DNA of 64,000 bases from Geosiphon pyriformis uo1 (Eukaryota > Fungi > Glomeromycota), in assembly GCA_016748015.1 (NCBI GenBank), contig JAAOMT010000009.1:204459-268458 (forward strand). Direction: 5' to 3'. The stretch's first letter is position 1; each line of letters starts with the position of its first letter. Below the pieces are notes generated by a model. It had not been told where the DNA came from, ran no database searches, and saw nothing but the letters and a program-made list of their open reading frames with translations. Of the stretch, positions 11,010-26,000 are shown in pieces. Position numbers and translations under genes: made by a program.

Positions 11010-14000
11010 TTTGGTGCTCCTTGTAAGGTATAATTTTACAGAAAACTAACACCAACAGCAATCATCTAAAAAAGTGGCAGAATTCAAAGAAACAGAGACA
11101 AACCATTTGGAATTTGCAAAATCCTTATTCCAATATTATCACATCTATCTCAAATTATCAAATAGTAATTGGCCAATGGAATTAGCTTTTAATTGTTACA
11201 TTAACAAAAGAATTACATACTACTTGGGAAGTTAAAGAAATTCAGAATCTGCTTTCAACAATTTTTTTAGTGAATTACTCCAAAGCACTACTCTTTCACA
11301 AAACTATTTATTTGCACCTCTAATCACAGAAATAAACAGAAAAATTGAAAAATATACCAAGCAAAAATTTCTTATCACTTTTGCCAACAAAGGAAAAAAA
11401 AAATTACAAACACCAGCAGAAACTCCAAAGCAAATCTAACTATCTACTTGGAAGAAACAAAGATTTGATTTATCTGTTAATCCATCATATTACCACACAC
11501 TTAAAAACACTATTAATATAATAGGTATGTCTATAGTAAGCATAACAACACCACTAAACAGAATTCCATTCCAGAATAAACAGAAAAAAGCAGAGTTATT
11601 AGAAACATATGGTGATTATTTTAAGGAATTTAAATTGTGACCCCAATACCATCAGAAATTTGATCACCACCATCACTACCAAATTTTGGAGCCACCAGTT
11701 TTTAAAAATTAACTGACTTTAAAGAAGAAAATAGCAATCAGGGAATTAATACAAAAAACCCAATTCCAGAAACCTGGAAATCCAAACTCTGAGTGTTCTA
11801 ACTCCGAAAAGTCAGAACAATCCCAATCCCAATATTATTAATCAGTAACACTTACCTTCAGTAATCATAATTAATTAGCCACCAATTGAACTGATTGCTA
11901 AACCAATTCAACAGTTGCAAGTATTATCTTAATAACAACTGCAACAATTACTTTTACAACCACCACAACAACAACCAATGGCATACACACCAATTGTCAA
12001 AATTGAAAAATTCACTGGTAAAGAAGATAACATGCAAGTGTGACTAAATGATATAAAAAAAGCCATTACAGTCAACAAATAGAATGATGCCAGAACATTT
12101 CAAGCCATTTCATATTTTCTCCAGAATACTGCCAACTTGTGGTATTAAAGCTTGGCCAACAAACCTCAAGATTTCAACACATTCAAGTTTGAGTTTCTAT
12201 GATATTTTAGCAACAATAATAGTATTAATTATTTAGCCAATATCTTTACTACTATCAAATAAGAAGAAACTGAAGCAGTCACTACTTACCTAGAACACTT
12301 TCACAGAAATCTGTAAAAAATTCAGACAATACAAGCCAATTATTTTACAGTGTCACAAATTTTAAATCAATTCATCAGAGGCCTGCACAGTAGCATTCTT
12401 TAATATGTACATTCATTACACTTAGCAGATCTTCAAGCAACAGTCACTTATGCCAGAAATTTTGAAGCAGCTAAATTAGAAGCCAATTACGTCTAAGCTG
12501 TGAATTTAGTAATGAATAGATTATCTAATCTGAATTCCAAATTAAAACAATTCAGTAACTTGATTAATCAGAAATTAGAGGAATACTTAGCTAACAATTA
12601 AACAATCTATCAACCTCTACAACAATATAATAATTCAGGAAACTCAAATTGTTTCCAAAATTAGACATGTCTCTTATTATCAACCAATCAATCATGACAA
12701 TTAAAAATGCATATTTACTACAATTGTGATAAACAAAGTCACATTAAAGCTAACTACAGAGTTTATAGTAATAACTCACAATCAGGAAATCAATATTAAA
12801 ACTCTGATTGCAGGTTTTAAACTTCAAGTTATTACTTAAATCAAGATCAGTACCAATATAATTACACCCAATGACACAACAACCAATATATATATCTTCA
12901 ATATATTAATTAGCAACACTTATAATATATCAACCACCATAGCCACAACTAATCTATTAATCTCAACTCATTCAAACACCACCACAAATGACTGTGCCCA
13001 ATGGAAATCAGAGGCTGAAAACCATTCAACAAAACTGAAGATTGGTAATAATTGTTCATCATCCAATCTCCAGCACATCCCAATAACCCTCAGAGCCATA
13101 TCCAAGAAATTTGGAAATTAGATACACCCAAAATCTGAGTTTCTAGAACTATTTAAGTCTCCTGATTATCCCAGAAGATGCTTCTCTCAACAACTTAGAA
13201 ACCAACCAGAAACTACTTACCAACAACATTCTATTAGTAATGGTCACCAATAACAAATTACTAACAGCCATCTTTCCTTTCAAAATTAAAGAACTCTTAA
13301 CAACACTTCTTTTTAGTGAAGCCACCCTTAATGCCAAGCTTATCATGACAATATACACTAATACTAAAGTCAATAGTCAGTCAATTAAACTGATCTTAGA
13401 CAGTAGTTCAACAGGCAGCATTATTACTAAGTGACTCATGGACTAATTAGGTTACCAAATTGACTGCACTGCTAGTGCTTAAATCATTACAGTAAATAGA
13501 GCCACTAAAACTCCAATTGGCAAAATTGATGACTTCTCTTTTGAAGTCAATGGCATCATAATGCCCATCAAAGTTCTTGTGATAAAAACAACCCAATATT
13601 AGGCATTAGTTGGCAATAATTGGTTATTCAAAACCAATACTGTACTTGACTGAACCATGCAAAAGCTCCAACTCAGTTAAAATGGTCAGCACACACATGT
13701 ACCAGCCATGTACGGCTACTTTTGAATGAATCTTATACCAATACCACTTATAGAATTGGAAGAAAAAGAGAACAAACCTATTTGGAAAGCTTATCAAGTG
13801 TCATGGACCAAAAACAACCACAATAAACTACTGCTAATTTTAAATTGGGAAAACAAAAGAAAAAAAAAAAAAAAAGAGAAAAAGAGCTCACTTAAGCCAC
13901 CATCTCTACTTATATTCTATACATTACACCTCAACTCAACTATTGTTGACCAAAGTTAGTATGTGTCAACTGTGGCAAGAAATTGTTATCAATGGGTGCA

Positions 14001-14781
14001 TACTATAACAATAACAAGAAATGGTCAATGGCAACAAAGTTTTATTGCCACCCATGTGTTCTAGAGTATTTTGGACAACCTAAATAACAAGAAAAATGGG
14101 ATAATGAACCATGCTTTGCATGTGAAGAAACTTTATTAGATAAAAAATGTGAAATGACATTTCAGGGCAAAGAGAAACATGTGCCAAATTGTGTCAATAC
14201 ATGATCCTAATAAGTAACTGGGTAAAAAAAAAGACATCAATAGAAACAGCATAGAAAAAAGCAGTAAGACATTTGGATGGATGTCCATATAATGATAACA
14301 AAATATAATACATAGCACTTGCCAAAATCAAAAAAACATCATCAGAAGAAATAAAATCAATTAAAAACAACTTACCAGAACTTATAGAACTTAATTAGAG
14401 CCCAAATCCAGATATTGTCCTAAACTCTATAAACTCAAAACAATTTCATAAACACTACTAAGAATTAGCACTCACTAGGGAAGAGCAAAAACAATGTTTA
14501 AAGCAGCTAAACATTTGATTATGTAACTACTGTTTGATCTTATATGACTTTCAATATTGTAATAAATGTGACCTCATTTACAAATTACTACCATGTATGA
14601 TTTACATAATCTCTGAAAAAGAAGAACCAATCAACAGCTGTGTATTGGAATTGGAATTGGCATTCAATTCCAATTCAAACTCTGACAATAATGATGACAA
14701 AAACAACAATTCCAGCTTTGTTTAAAATAACAATAATAATAACAACAGTTCGAATTCTGATTCAAACCCAGAACAATATAT

Positions 14782-15529
14782 TGTTATAGTTGAAACTTAT
14801 ACTTCTTATTAATTATCATATGTATTAGCCACTGATGTCATATAAATTAGCCACTTTATTTTTAGTAAGTGATCATTAACCTGATTAATGACCTGACCAT
14901 TGACCTGATTATTGACCTGATCAATAACCTGATCAATAACCTGATCATTGACTTAATTATTGACCTGATTATTGACCTAGTCATTGACCTGATCATTGAC
15001 CACTTTTGATAGCTATATAAGCAATGAATCTCTTAACTGTAGAAAAGCATGAAGAAATCAAAGAAATCAAATAAATAAAATAACAACTTTCATCTCAATC
15101 TCTCTTATCGCTAATTTCTCTTTCCCTACTTTCAAGTATCTGAACATCTTAAAGATAAAAGATTGCTTGTTGGTTATTCTTTCCCCTTTTTCTGAAATGT
15201 GTAATTGCAACATTTGAAGATTATTGAATAAAATGTAACTGAAAAGCACATCTGATACTTGATATTGAATTCTAAGAACATTGATGTGAAGCATAAAATT
15301 ATATCAAGTATGATTATTTGTTGACAGTACAGACTATTTCTCTACTTTCAGATTCTCCAGTTACTTTGAAAAGCATAGCAACTGAGATATTTTATAAAAC
15401 TGATCTCACATATTGAATCCATACTCATTCAATTCACTCTTTGAAGTTGAATTCTCTTTGATTATTTTTATCACCCTACAATCCTGTTCTTCCTTGCTAT
15501 CCATTAGCTTGTTACTCCAACCCATAACA
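14782..15529 (+). repeat. 5' LTR of element D (748 bp; 11 copies of a 12-bp GATCATTGACCT-like unit)
   Basis: TGTTAT...ATAACA termini; direct repeat of 21858..22545. Confidence 0.92.
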
Positions 15530-18500
15530 TAAAAGTGGTGCTTTCTGTGAGATTGTCAAAATCCACTTTGTTTCCTATTATATGGGTAATTATTTATACC
15601 TACCACAACAATCAGAAGAACACTTTGAAGCACACAACAAAAACAATCTAGACTTTATTGAACTCAATCCTTTGCCCTTCTACTTTATTTGCTTTTCCAT
15701 TAAAAAACAATTTAGCAGACAATTTTAAGACTTTTGGAACTGGTTCCTGAATGAGCATTTAGCTAAAACCTATACAGCTTTTACAATCTATTACTTTGAC
15801 CAAGCTTATCTTAAAGACAACTGTGAAAAAAGAAACAACAGCATTAATCAACTTTTATACTCAACAATCTTTGAACAACAGCCTCCTGATTTTAAATATC
15901 TGAATTATCAAATCCACATTTGAATTGCTGCCCATCAATCAACAAAAACTCCTCTTGAAACAGAAAAAGAAAGCTATCAAACTGCTTTTGTTTTTGATCT
16001 CTTTTTAAGTAAATTAGAACACTCCACACAAACAGTTACACTTGAACCAATGGCTTAAGACCCTCTGCAACAAAACATTCTGATTGCCCTCCAAGGTATA
16101 CAGACTGCTTTAAGACAAAGAAACAACATCCTATTACTATTATTCAGAAATGATGCCCAAGATCTAATTAAATGGTTGGATGATTTTGAAAAAGCTGCCA
16201 CAACAAACCAATATAATAATAAATACAAGTTCCAAATCATTGGTCACTACCTCCAAGGCTCTCCTGTTACTTGGTTCTTACAAGAAACCAATGCCAATGC
16301 TCAGCAAAAAATTATTAGATGGGCACCAGCAAATGCTAGAGAAGACAACATCTCTTTTACTACCTGGTTTGAAACTAAATTTAAAACTCCCATCTTAATC
16401 TCAAAATGGCATATGGGATTAGAAAAAAGAACTCAAGGCCCTGTTAAGGTTGTGACAAAATATGCCAAAGCAATAAGAAAACTCATTAAATAGATAGACT
16501 CTGAAAGAAATTGGACAGAAGAGCAGAAAATACATTTCTTTACAAAAGGACTGAGAACTGATCTATCATATGCTCTTTGGCTCCTTCTGGCCTTAAAAGA
16601 TAATCCCACAATGGACATGGCCATTGAACTTGCTTAGAGAATAGAAGACAATCAAAGGATGCACTTAGGATTCACACTTCCAGTTTTTGTTCCTGTTTCT
16701 ATTATGACTCCTGCTCTCCAAATGGCTGCTACCTCTTTTGCTGCCCAAACTCAAGACCCAAATAAACAGTTAATAGATAGACTTACAGTTAATCTTGCCC
16801 AGCTATTAGAATTATTGGCCCAAGCAGTTAGAGAGAATCAACAACCCCAAAGACCCAGATTTGAACTCCATTTCAATCAGTCCCAACAACCACCATATCA
16901 AAGACAGCAAAATCATGGCCCATCTGTGTGCTATCATTGTGAACTAACTGGACACTTCTCAAGAGACTGCAACAATCCTCCATTGCCTCCTCCAGCTCCT
17001 AGAAACAATGACAATCAAAACAACAAAACCATTAACAATAATGTTCCCAACCAAAAAACCAATCATGCCAACATTAATTTCTTTGGAAAGGATTCCCTAG
17101 TTGAAGCCACTGTTTATCAGTCTTTAAACTGATAGGTGCATTTCTAAAGGATAAGAGTGCAAGCCAACCAAAAGAAAACCCCTTTTATGCTTTTAACCTA
17201 ACTAATAATGATCATGATATGGATGAACTAGCAATCAACACCTCTGAACCAACCAGAAAAAAGAAAAAAGCCAAGGTTGATTTTGTCTTGGATCCAAACA
17301 AAGCATCCAAATCATCTGCTGATAACAATGAATTACCAAAGGCTAAGGTTTTTAAAAATCCATCAAAGTTGAAACTCCCAGAAATTGTACAAAAATCTGA
17401 ACCCTATTCTGTTGTTAAAAATCTCATAGAAACTCCAGCACACATTACATTTGGCCAACTGATGACCCATTTACAATTCAAAAAAGATCTTCACAAATCA
17501 TTAATACCAAAGAAAAAGACACCAAAAACTAATAAACACTTACGTCAAGCTGAACTCACTGACAACAGTAATGTTACTTCTTTTATTTGTAAAGCCCAAG
17601 TGGCTGGTTATTTTATTGATCTGATCCTGAACAGTGGATCATCTGTTAGTGTTATTGCCAAACACTTTTTAGAAGCAATTGACAGAAAGATTGATAACCA
17701 TCCACAAGACCAATGACCAATGTACATGGTGACAAGAAGAAAGGTCTGGGCATAGCCAAAGCTATTCTTGTCTGCATCAATGGTATCAGTATTGAAACTA
17801 ATATGGAAGTATCTGAAGCAAAAGAGTACATCATAATTGTTGGCAATGAGTGGCTTAAGAAAGCTAAAGCACTACTCGACTATAAGTTTTGTAAGCTAAC
17901 CATTAGATGTAGTGAAAAGCCCATTGTGGTTAAGTGCTATCATTGGACAACCCCTTTAGTACCCAAGCAAAACCAGAAAGAAAAACAATCAGATGAATCA
18001 GATAATGATGAAAGTGATAATGAAAATCAAGAAGAACAAAAAGAAACTGCTAAACTTGCCTATACTATCTTTACCAGCAATGGCAAGCTACTGGACAATG
18101 TTAAAGCTAACAAAGAAGAAATTATGGTAAATGGCAAGCTAATTTGCTGGCCCTATTATGATATCCTCAGAAAAATCTTTGACAGAAAACCTGGCAAGAA
18201 AGCAAAATACAGTTATTGGTGGTATGGCCCTTGTGCACAGTACTGGTATAATAAATCTTTGTATTTACCAAGTGATAAATACAAATTCTGTCTGATCTAT
18301 TACAAAGATTGGGAACCAATTAGCTTGATATCTTGAGAAGAACTTAAAGAAGTACAAAAGTTTTTTGAAAATAAACCACCTGAAATCCAATTATTAGTTG
18401 TAGAACAAAGAGAACCTTCTTCTGAAGAAAGAAAAGTAGACATTAAAAATCTGTTGGCTAGAAATAATCCAGTCATCTCAAAAGAAAATGATACTCCTAG

Positions 18501-21500
18501 ATGAACCCATGTGATACAATATACTATCACCACCAAAAAAACTTATCTCATCTATTTAAAGCCTTATCAATTCAATCGATACAATAATAAGTTTATCAAG
18601 AAAGAGATAAACCAAATAAAAAATCTTGGATTTATACAAGAAACCAAGAGCAAATGGGCTTTTTTAGTTGTAGTGGTATCCAAGAAAGGTGGAACCCTAT
18701 GCTTCTGTGTTGACTATCGCCAACTAAATGCCATCACTATAAGAGACATATACTCACTCCTCAAAATTAATGCAATGCTAAATAAATTCAATGGTGCTGC
18801 TTTTTTCTCAATTATTGATTTAACTGTTGGATTCTGGCAAGTAGAAATAGATCCAGAAAGCAGAAAAAAAACTGCCTTTATCACCAAGTATGGCACCTAT
18901 GAATTCACAGTCATGCTTTTTGGTCTCACCAATGCTCCTCCCATCTTTCAATGCTTAATGAATAAAGTGTTTGAATCAGTAAAAGAAAACTTTGTTCTGG
19001 TTTACTTGAACGACATAATGGTATATTCAAAAACCTGAGATGAACACCTTGAACATTTACAGAAGATTTTTGACTTGCTCAAAAATACTGGCCTTAAGAT
19101 CAACCCAATTAAATCTTTCTTTGAACACCAATCTACCCAATTTTTTGGTTATCTTGTTACAAAAGATGGAATCTTTTCTGACCCAGCTAAAGTTAAAAAA
19201 GTTCAAAACATTAGACAACCAATAAATATTCCTGAACTATGCTCTTTCCTTGGTTTGGCCTCTTACTATCACAAATTTATTAAGGATTTCTCTAAAATTG
19301 CCTTTTTTCTCAATCAGCTACTCAAAAAAAATGTCAATTATTACTGGGACACTTATTAACAAAAAGCTTTTGAATTTTTGAAGGAAAAACTTGTTACTGA
19401 ACCAATTCTCAAACAACCTAATCTGGACCAATCTTTTATCCTCCACACTGATACATCTGGCTATGGACTTGGTGCTGTCTTTTCACAGAAAAATGAAAAT
19501 GGCAGAGAATATACCATAGCATATGCCAGTAGATTTCTTATACCAGCAGAAAAGAACTATTCAGTTACTGAACAAGAATGTTTAACAGTAGTTTGGGCTA
19601 CCAACTACTGAGATCAATATTTTCTTGGTGCAAAATTCTTAGTGGTAATAGATCATCAAGCTTTGGTTTGGCTGCACAAGAAAAAGAAACTGGAACACAA
19701 AAGAATAACTCGCTGAATACTCCACTTGGATGAATTTGACTATAATATTCAACACTGCAAAGAAGCAAATCATCAAAACACCAATGCTCTATCTAGACTT
19801 ACTATCTAGTGACAGTACAATCTCTCAAACCAAACCAACTTAATTATTAGTAACTCCATCATAAACAAACATGATAATAGACTTGGACAACTACTTTGCC
19901 TTAATAGAATTTTTAGGTAAAAGACAATACCCACTTGAATACACTTGACAGCAAAGAAAACATTTGCACAAACAATCAAATTTTTATTTAATCTACCAGA
20001 ACCAATTATACAAAAGAAACAGAAAAGATTCTGACCATTCTCAGAGAGTCATCAGATTTGAAGAAAAAAAAATTGTAATATACAACATGCATACTGACCA
20101 ATTAACTGGACACTTTGGAAAAACAAAGACAATACAGAAAACTTTAGCTCACTATTATTGACCTACCTTGAGAAAAGACATTGCTGAATACATCAAAACC
20201 TGTAACATCTGCCAAAGAAGAGACAAACCCAATTGCAAAGAAGATATCCATCCAATTTCTGTTAGTCAACTATTTAACAGAATTGGTATAGATGTTGTTA
20301 GATCTTTAACAATTACTCTTAATGGCAACAGATATATTATAACAGCTACCGACTATCTTACAGAATGAGTAGAAACAAGAGCCACCCCAGACCAAACAGC
20401 AGTCTCAATAGCCAATTTTATTTATAAAAATATCATCTGCCATCATGGCTGCCCCAAAGAACTTTTATCTGATAGAGAAAGAGCTTTTCTCTGTACACTG
20501 GTTGAAGAACTTTGTAGAAAAATGGGAATATGTCATAAACTTTCCTTCTCTTATTACTCCCAAACAAATGGCCTAGTAGAACATTTTAATAGAACATTAT
20601 GTGAAACCCTAGCCAAAACCAGTGAAAAAACAAACTTATGAGACAAAGTACTGCCTTTAACTTTGTTTGCTTATAAAACTGTGAATCATGACATAACAAG
20701 TTATGAACCTTTTTATCTGTTCTATGAATACATGGCAACACTACCAATAGAAACTGATATTGAAACAATACTCTTTGAAGAGATCACAATAGGGAATTAC
20801 AAAAACATTTTGCAAAAAAGACTTGGTACCATTCTTGACTCCTTGGTAGAAGCACGAATAATTGCTTTTGAAAAAATAAAACAGTTCTAAGAAAAGCTTA
20901 AGAAAAAAAAAACCTATAAAACACTTTTTTTAAGTGTTGGTGACTTGGTATTGGAATATTGTTCAGACAGAGACAATGTCTATAGTAATAAATTTTCTAG
21001 CCGATAGAAAAAATCCTTTATAGTCAACAAAGTTTTAAACAATGGTTTTTATATTCTTCAAGATCAATCTGGAACAATCTTCAATAATTGTCTTGTTCAT
21101 GATACACAACTCAAGAAATACCATAAACGACCTGATTGGCTGCCTGTTGTGGTAATACTGACTCAAATGATCAGCAAAAATCAAGTATAAATAAATGTAC
21201 TATTTTCAAAACAGAAGTATCTTCAATTAATATGAACAATTATTTTCTGGATCAAAACATTCAAAATGCTTTCTATACTTTTTATGAGTATTGAATCAAA
21301 AACTATCCAAATGCTATTCTGACTATTGGAAAACAAACCATTATAACTGATAACAATGGAACACATACTGTTATTAGACCAAAGAAAACCACTACCAAAA
21401 GAAAAAAAATTGGTAGTAAAATGGATAAATATCTGTTAGAAAGTATAACAGCAGCTATACTCTCACCTTTTAACACAATTGAAAAAACACTTCAAGAAAT

Positions 21501-21857
21501 CTTACCCATAGACAAAAACTTGTTATATGGAAGGCAATTAGAACTTTATGGTTGCTTTGGTGAAATCATAAAGGATATGAAACTCATGAAAAAAACAACT
21601 TCAGAGATACAGGCAGAAATTTTGGGCATTATATGATTAGATGTCTTAAGAGTTTTAACTATTACTAAAAGAGCCAAAACTTTAATACAAAAATTTGGTC
21701 TCCTGAATACAAAACTCATTTTGTTTCAAGTATTATATATCTTATTGACAAAAAACTTCAACAAACTAGTTAGCTTTGAGTTAAATAAAACCCTTCCAAT
21801 AGATTACACCATAAATAGCTTAATTTTGCCAAAGCTCAATCTCTTTGGAGAGGATGA

Positions 21858-22545
21858 TATTATGGTTAAAACTTATACTTCTTATTAATTATCACATGTA
21901 TTAGCCATTGATGTCATATAAATTAGCCACTCTATTTTTAGTAAGTGATCATTGACCTGATCAATGACCTGACTATTGACCTAATTATTGACCTAGTCAT
22001 TGACTTGATCATTGACCACTTTTGATAGTTATATAAGCAATGAATCTCTTAACTGTAGAAAAGCATGAAGAAATCAAAGAAATTAAATAAATAAAATAAC
22101 AACTTTCATCTTAATCTCTCTTATCGCTAATTTTTCTTTCCCTACTTTCAAGTATCTGAATATCTTAAAGATAAAAGATTGCTTGTTGGTTATTCCTTCC
22201 TCTTTTTCTGAAATGTGTAATTGCAATATTTGAAGATTATTGAATAAAATGTAACTGAAAAGCACATCTGATACTTGATATTGAATTCTAAGAGCATTGA
22301 TGTGAAGCATAAAATTATACCAAGTATGATTATTTGTTGACAGTACAGACTATTTCTCTACCTTCAGATTCTCCAGTTACTTTGAAAAGCATAGCAACTG
22401 AGATATTTTATGAAACTGATCTCACACATTAAATCCATACTCATTCAATTCACTCTTTGAAGTTGAATTCTCTTTGATTATTTTTATTACTCTACAATCT
22501 TGTTCTTTCTTGCTATCTATTAGCTTATTACTCCAACCCATAACA
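21858..22545 (+). repeat. 3' LTR of element D (688 bp; 6 copies of the 12-bp unit)
   Basis: Direct repeat of the 5' LTR, preceded by the PPT. Confidence 0.92.
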
Positions 22546-22550
22546 ATATC

Positions 22551-23000
22551 ATGCTTTTTGATCTTATTAAGGAACAGGAACTTAAATGGTTCAGCAATAA
22601 TAATAAAAGTATTATGCCCAAACATGTACATGATACTAATGCAAGATTTGATCTAAAATATCCAGGAAAAGAAGCCATAAAATTAGAACCACAGTCATGC
22701 ACATGCATTGATCTGAAAGTAGCACTAGAAATTTTAGCAACAACAATAGTTCAACTAGCATCCAGAAATAGTTTAGTGAAAAAAGAAATCAATATCAGAA
22801 GAGAAATAATTGATACAGGATATATAGAAAATATTATTGCAATGCTACAAAATAACTCAGAGAAGGCCTATATTATAGAGCCAAATAAAAAGATAGTACA
22901 GGCAATATTTCTGCCTTTGGTTAAAATAGCTTAATTAGTATCAGTGGAAAACAAGAAAAAATTAGAGATTACAGCTAAAGGAATTAGTGAATTCAGATCC
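22551..23000 (+). pseudogene. dUTPase of element C
   Basis: NARFDL, ASRNSL, IIDTGYIENI, KIVQAIF; collinear with the element A dUTPase. Confidence 0.85.
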
Positions 23001-26000
23001 ACAGGTATAATAAATGTATCAGTCAATATAACAAAGAAAAAAATTATTGACAAAGAAAAAATTATCTCTACTTGTCAATCAATTTCCATTCTGCTATATA
23101 ACTAGTACATATTAGCCATAGAAAAAAAAGTAAAAGATCAAGCTCAAATTTTTGAAGTAGAAACTACCATGTATGAATCAGAAAAGATTGGACTTACTAA
23201 TCTTTACATACCAGCCAAAAGCCCAAAACATATCAAAATTTTTATCTACAACACAACAAGAAATGTTCTTAAAATACCAAAAGGAGCTATCATAAGATAT
23301 TTAAGCATGAAATTGAGAAACAACCACCAAATCTCATTCTAGACTTTCCACAACTATGTGAATATGTAGACATCATATTACAAACAATATATAAATAAAA
23401 AGAATATTATCTGCTCCAACCAAAACAATTGGAACAGATGAATTTAAAAAATCTAGACCCACTACAATATATGCAGCTTAAAATATTACTCAACAACTTT
23501 AACAACATCTTTGTCAGCAAAAACAAATTTGGCAGAACTGACTTAATTTAACATTAGATCAAGATTGAAGATGCGATGCCAATTAAATAGAAAGCATATT
23601 AAGTACTATCAACAAGCCATAAAATCATCCAACAAGAGATTAATCAGATGTTAGACAATGGATTAATTTAACTATCAATGAGTCCATGGTTATTACCAGT
23701 AGTACTAGTCCATAAGAAAAATAGAAAAATCCACTTTTGTGTAAATTACCAAAAACTTAATGAAGTAATAAAAGGGGATAGCTATCCAACTCCAAAAATC
23801 CAAGAACTTTTTGATGCTTTTGGAGGAAAGAAATGGTTCTCAACTTTAGACTTAGACAGTGGTTACTGGCAAATAGCCATAAAACCAGAAAATAAGGAAA
23901 AAACAGCTTTTACAACTTGAAAAAGAAATTTCGAATTTGAAGTTATGCCTTTTGGCTTAATAAATACACCAGTCATATTTTAATGGCTCATAAAAATTGT
24001 CTTTACTGGACTACTGTAAAAATTAGTAGTTGTTTACTTAGATAACACCAATGTGTTCTTTAAGACATTTAATAATCATTTATACTATCTTCAACAAGTA
24101 TTCAAAAGACTAAAACGAACTGGATTAAAGTTAAATGCCACCAAATGCTTCTTTAGCAAAACAAAATTAAAATTCTTGGGACATGTTGTGAGCAAAGATG
24201 GAATCAAGACAGATCCAGACAAAACTAAGATAGTTAAAAACTTTCTAGTACTTATCAACTTGACCAAATTATAAGCATTCTTGAGATTTGTGGATTACTA
24301 CTGCCACTTTATTAAAGACTTTTTCAAACTGGCTCAGCCATTATACTAGCTTCAAACAAAAAACACCAAATATGAATAGACAAAAAACCAGCAAGAAGTT
24401 TTTAATACATTAAAAAGAAAGCTTATTCAAGCTCTAATATTGATTTATTCAGACTATAGCAAGCCATTCATAATTACAACCAATGCATCAGGTCAAGCAT
24501 TGGGAGCTGTACTATCTCAGAAAAAACCAGATAGAAGAAAACACCTAGTAGCATATGCTAGTTACAGTTTAAGTCCAGCTGAAAAAAACTATGGAATTCC
24601 AGTGCTAAAACACTTAGCAATCTATTGGGCAGTCATAAAATAGAAGGAATACTTAAGCCAGAAATTTAACATATACACTGATCATAAAGAATTGACTTTA
24701 ATTCAAAAGCAAAAATTTGAAGATGATTGCCATACTAGATAGAAAATAAAACTTTCATTATTTAATTATATAGTATATTACAAAAAAGGAAAAGAAAACA
24801 GAAATGCTAATGGTTTGTTACAAATAAAACAAGTCTAAAACTATTCCAACCCAAAAATATAACAAAAGATAAATACACAAAAATATTAATAACTCCAACA
24901 CTATATTAATACCCAGCAGTTTAAGGAAAAATTATCTCTAAAAAAACAAAGCCATATCAAACAACAATCCAAATATTTTATTACTTACCAAGATATACTT
25001 TATTAGAAAAACAAAAAGAATCCAGATCAACCAACCAGAGTAATTACAGAACCAAAAAAAGAAACAATATTATTTAACATGTACTCTAATCTAACAACAG
25101 GATATTTTCACAAAGAAGCAACCATGAAAAAAACCAGAAAAAGATACTATTGGCTATTTATATATTCAGATATTATCTAATATGTTCAAGATTATGATAT
25201 TTGTCAAAAAAAAGAAGAAACAAAATCCAGTGAGCCATTAAAACCAATTAAAATAGGACAACCATTTGATCATATTAGAATTGACTTAATTGGATCATTA
25301 ACAATAACCAGTAAAAGAAACAGATATATTGCAGTAGTTATGAATTATCTTACTAAGTGGCCAAAAGTAAAAGCCATTCAAAAAGCAGATGCAGAATTCA
25401 TTGCCAAATTCATTTATCAAGATTTGATTTGTCAACACAGATGTCCAAAAAAATTACTATTTAACCAAGAAACTCACTTTGTAAACAGAACATTAGCAAA
25501 ATTAAGTCAAAGATTTAGAATAAAAAAACCATTATTATTATTATATCATCCATAAACCAATGGCTTAGTCGAAAAATTCAATAGAATATTGTGTAAAGCA
25601 ATTGCCAAAATCAGCCAAAAAAATCAAAATGAATAGAATTTGTTTATACCATCAGTATTATTTGTTTATCAAACAATGAAGCAAAATACTACACAAGCAA
25701 CACTATTTAAATTAGTATATTATAGAACAGCAACATTACCAGTGAAGATAAAAGTTAGTATATATTCAACTAAACCAATAACAGAAGACAATTTTCAAGA
25801 AACATTGTTGAAAAGAACATATGACTTAATAGAAACATTAGAAAACAAATGACAAAGAACAGCTGATAATATTCAAAAGTCACAAAAAAAACAAAAAAAA
25901 AGACATAATAACCAAATATTAAATAAACCAGTTGAATTTAAGATTGGAAACAAAGTACTTTTACATTATATCAAAGTGAAAAAACAATAGAGTGAAAAAT

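Larger units (their letters stand above)
14782..22545 (+). mobile_element. Full-length Ty3/Gypsy element D (no dUTPase), nested in element C
   Basis: LTRs 14782..15529 and 21858..22545; perfect TSD ATAT (14778-14781, 22546-22549); PBS TGGTGCTTTCTGTGAG 15536..15551; PPT ggagaggatga; gag CCHC (CYHCELTGHFSRDC), protease (LILNSGSSVS), RT 18511..19038, RNase H, integrase. Confidence 0.93.
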
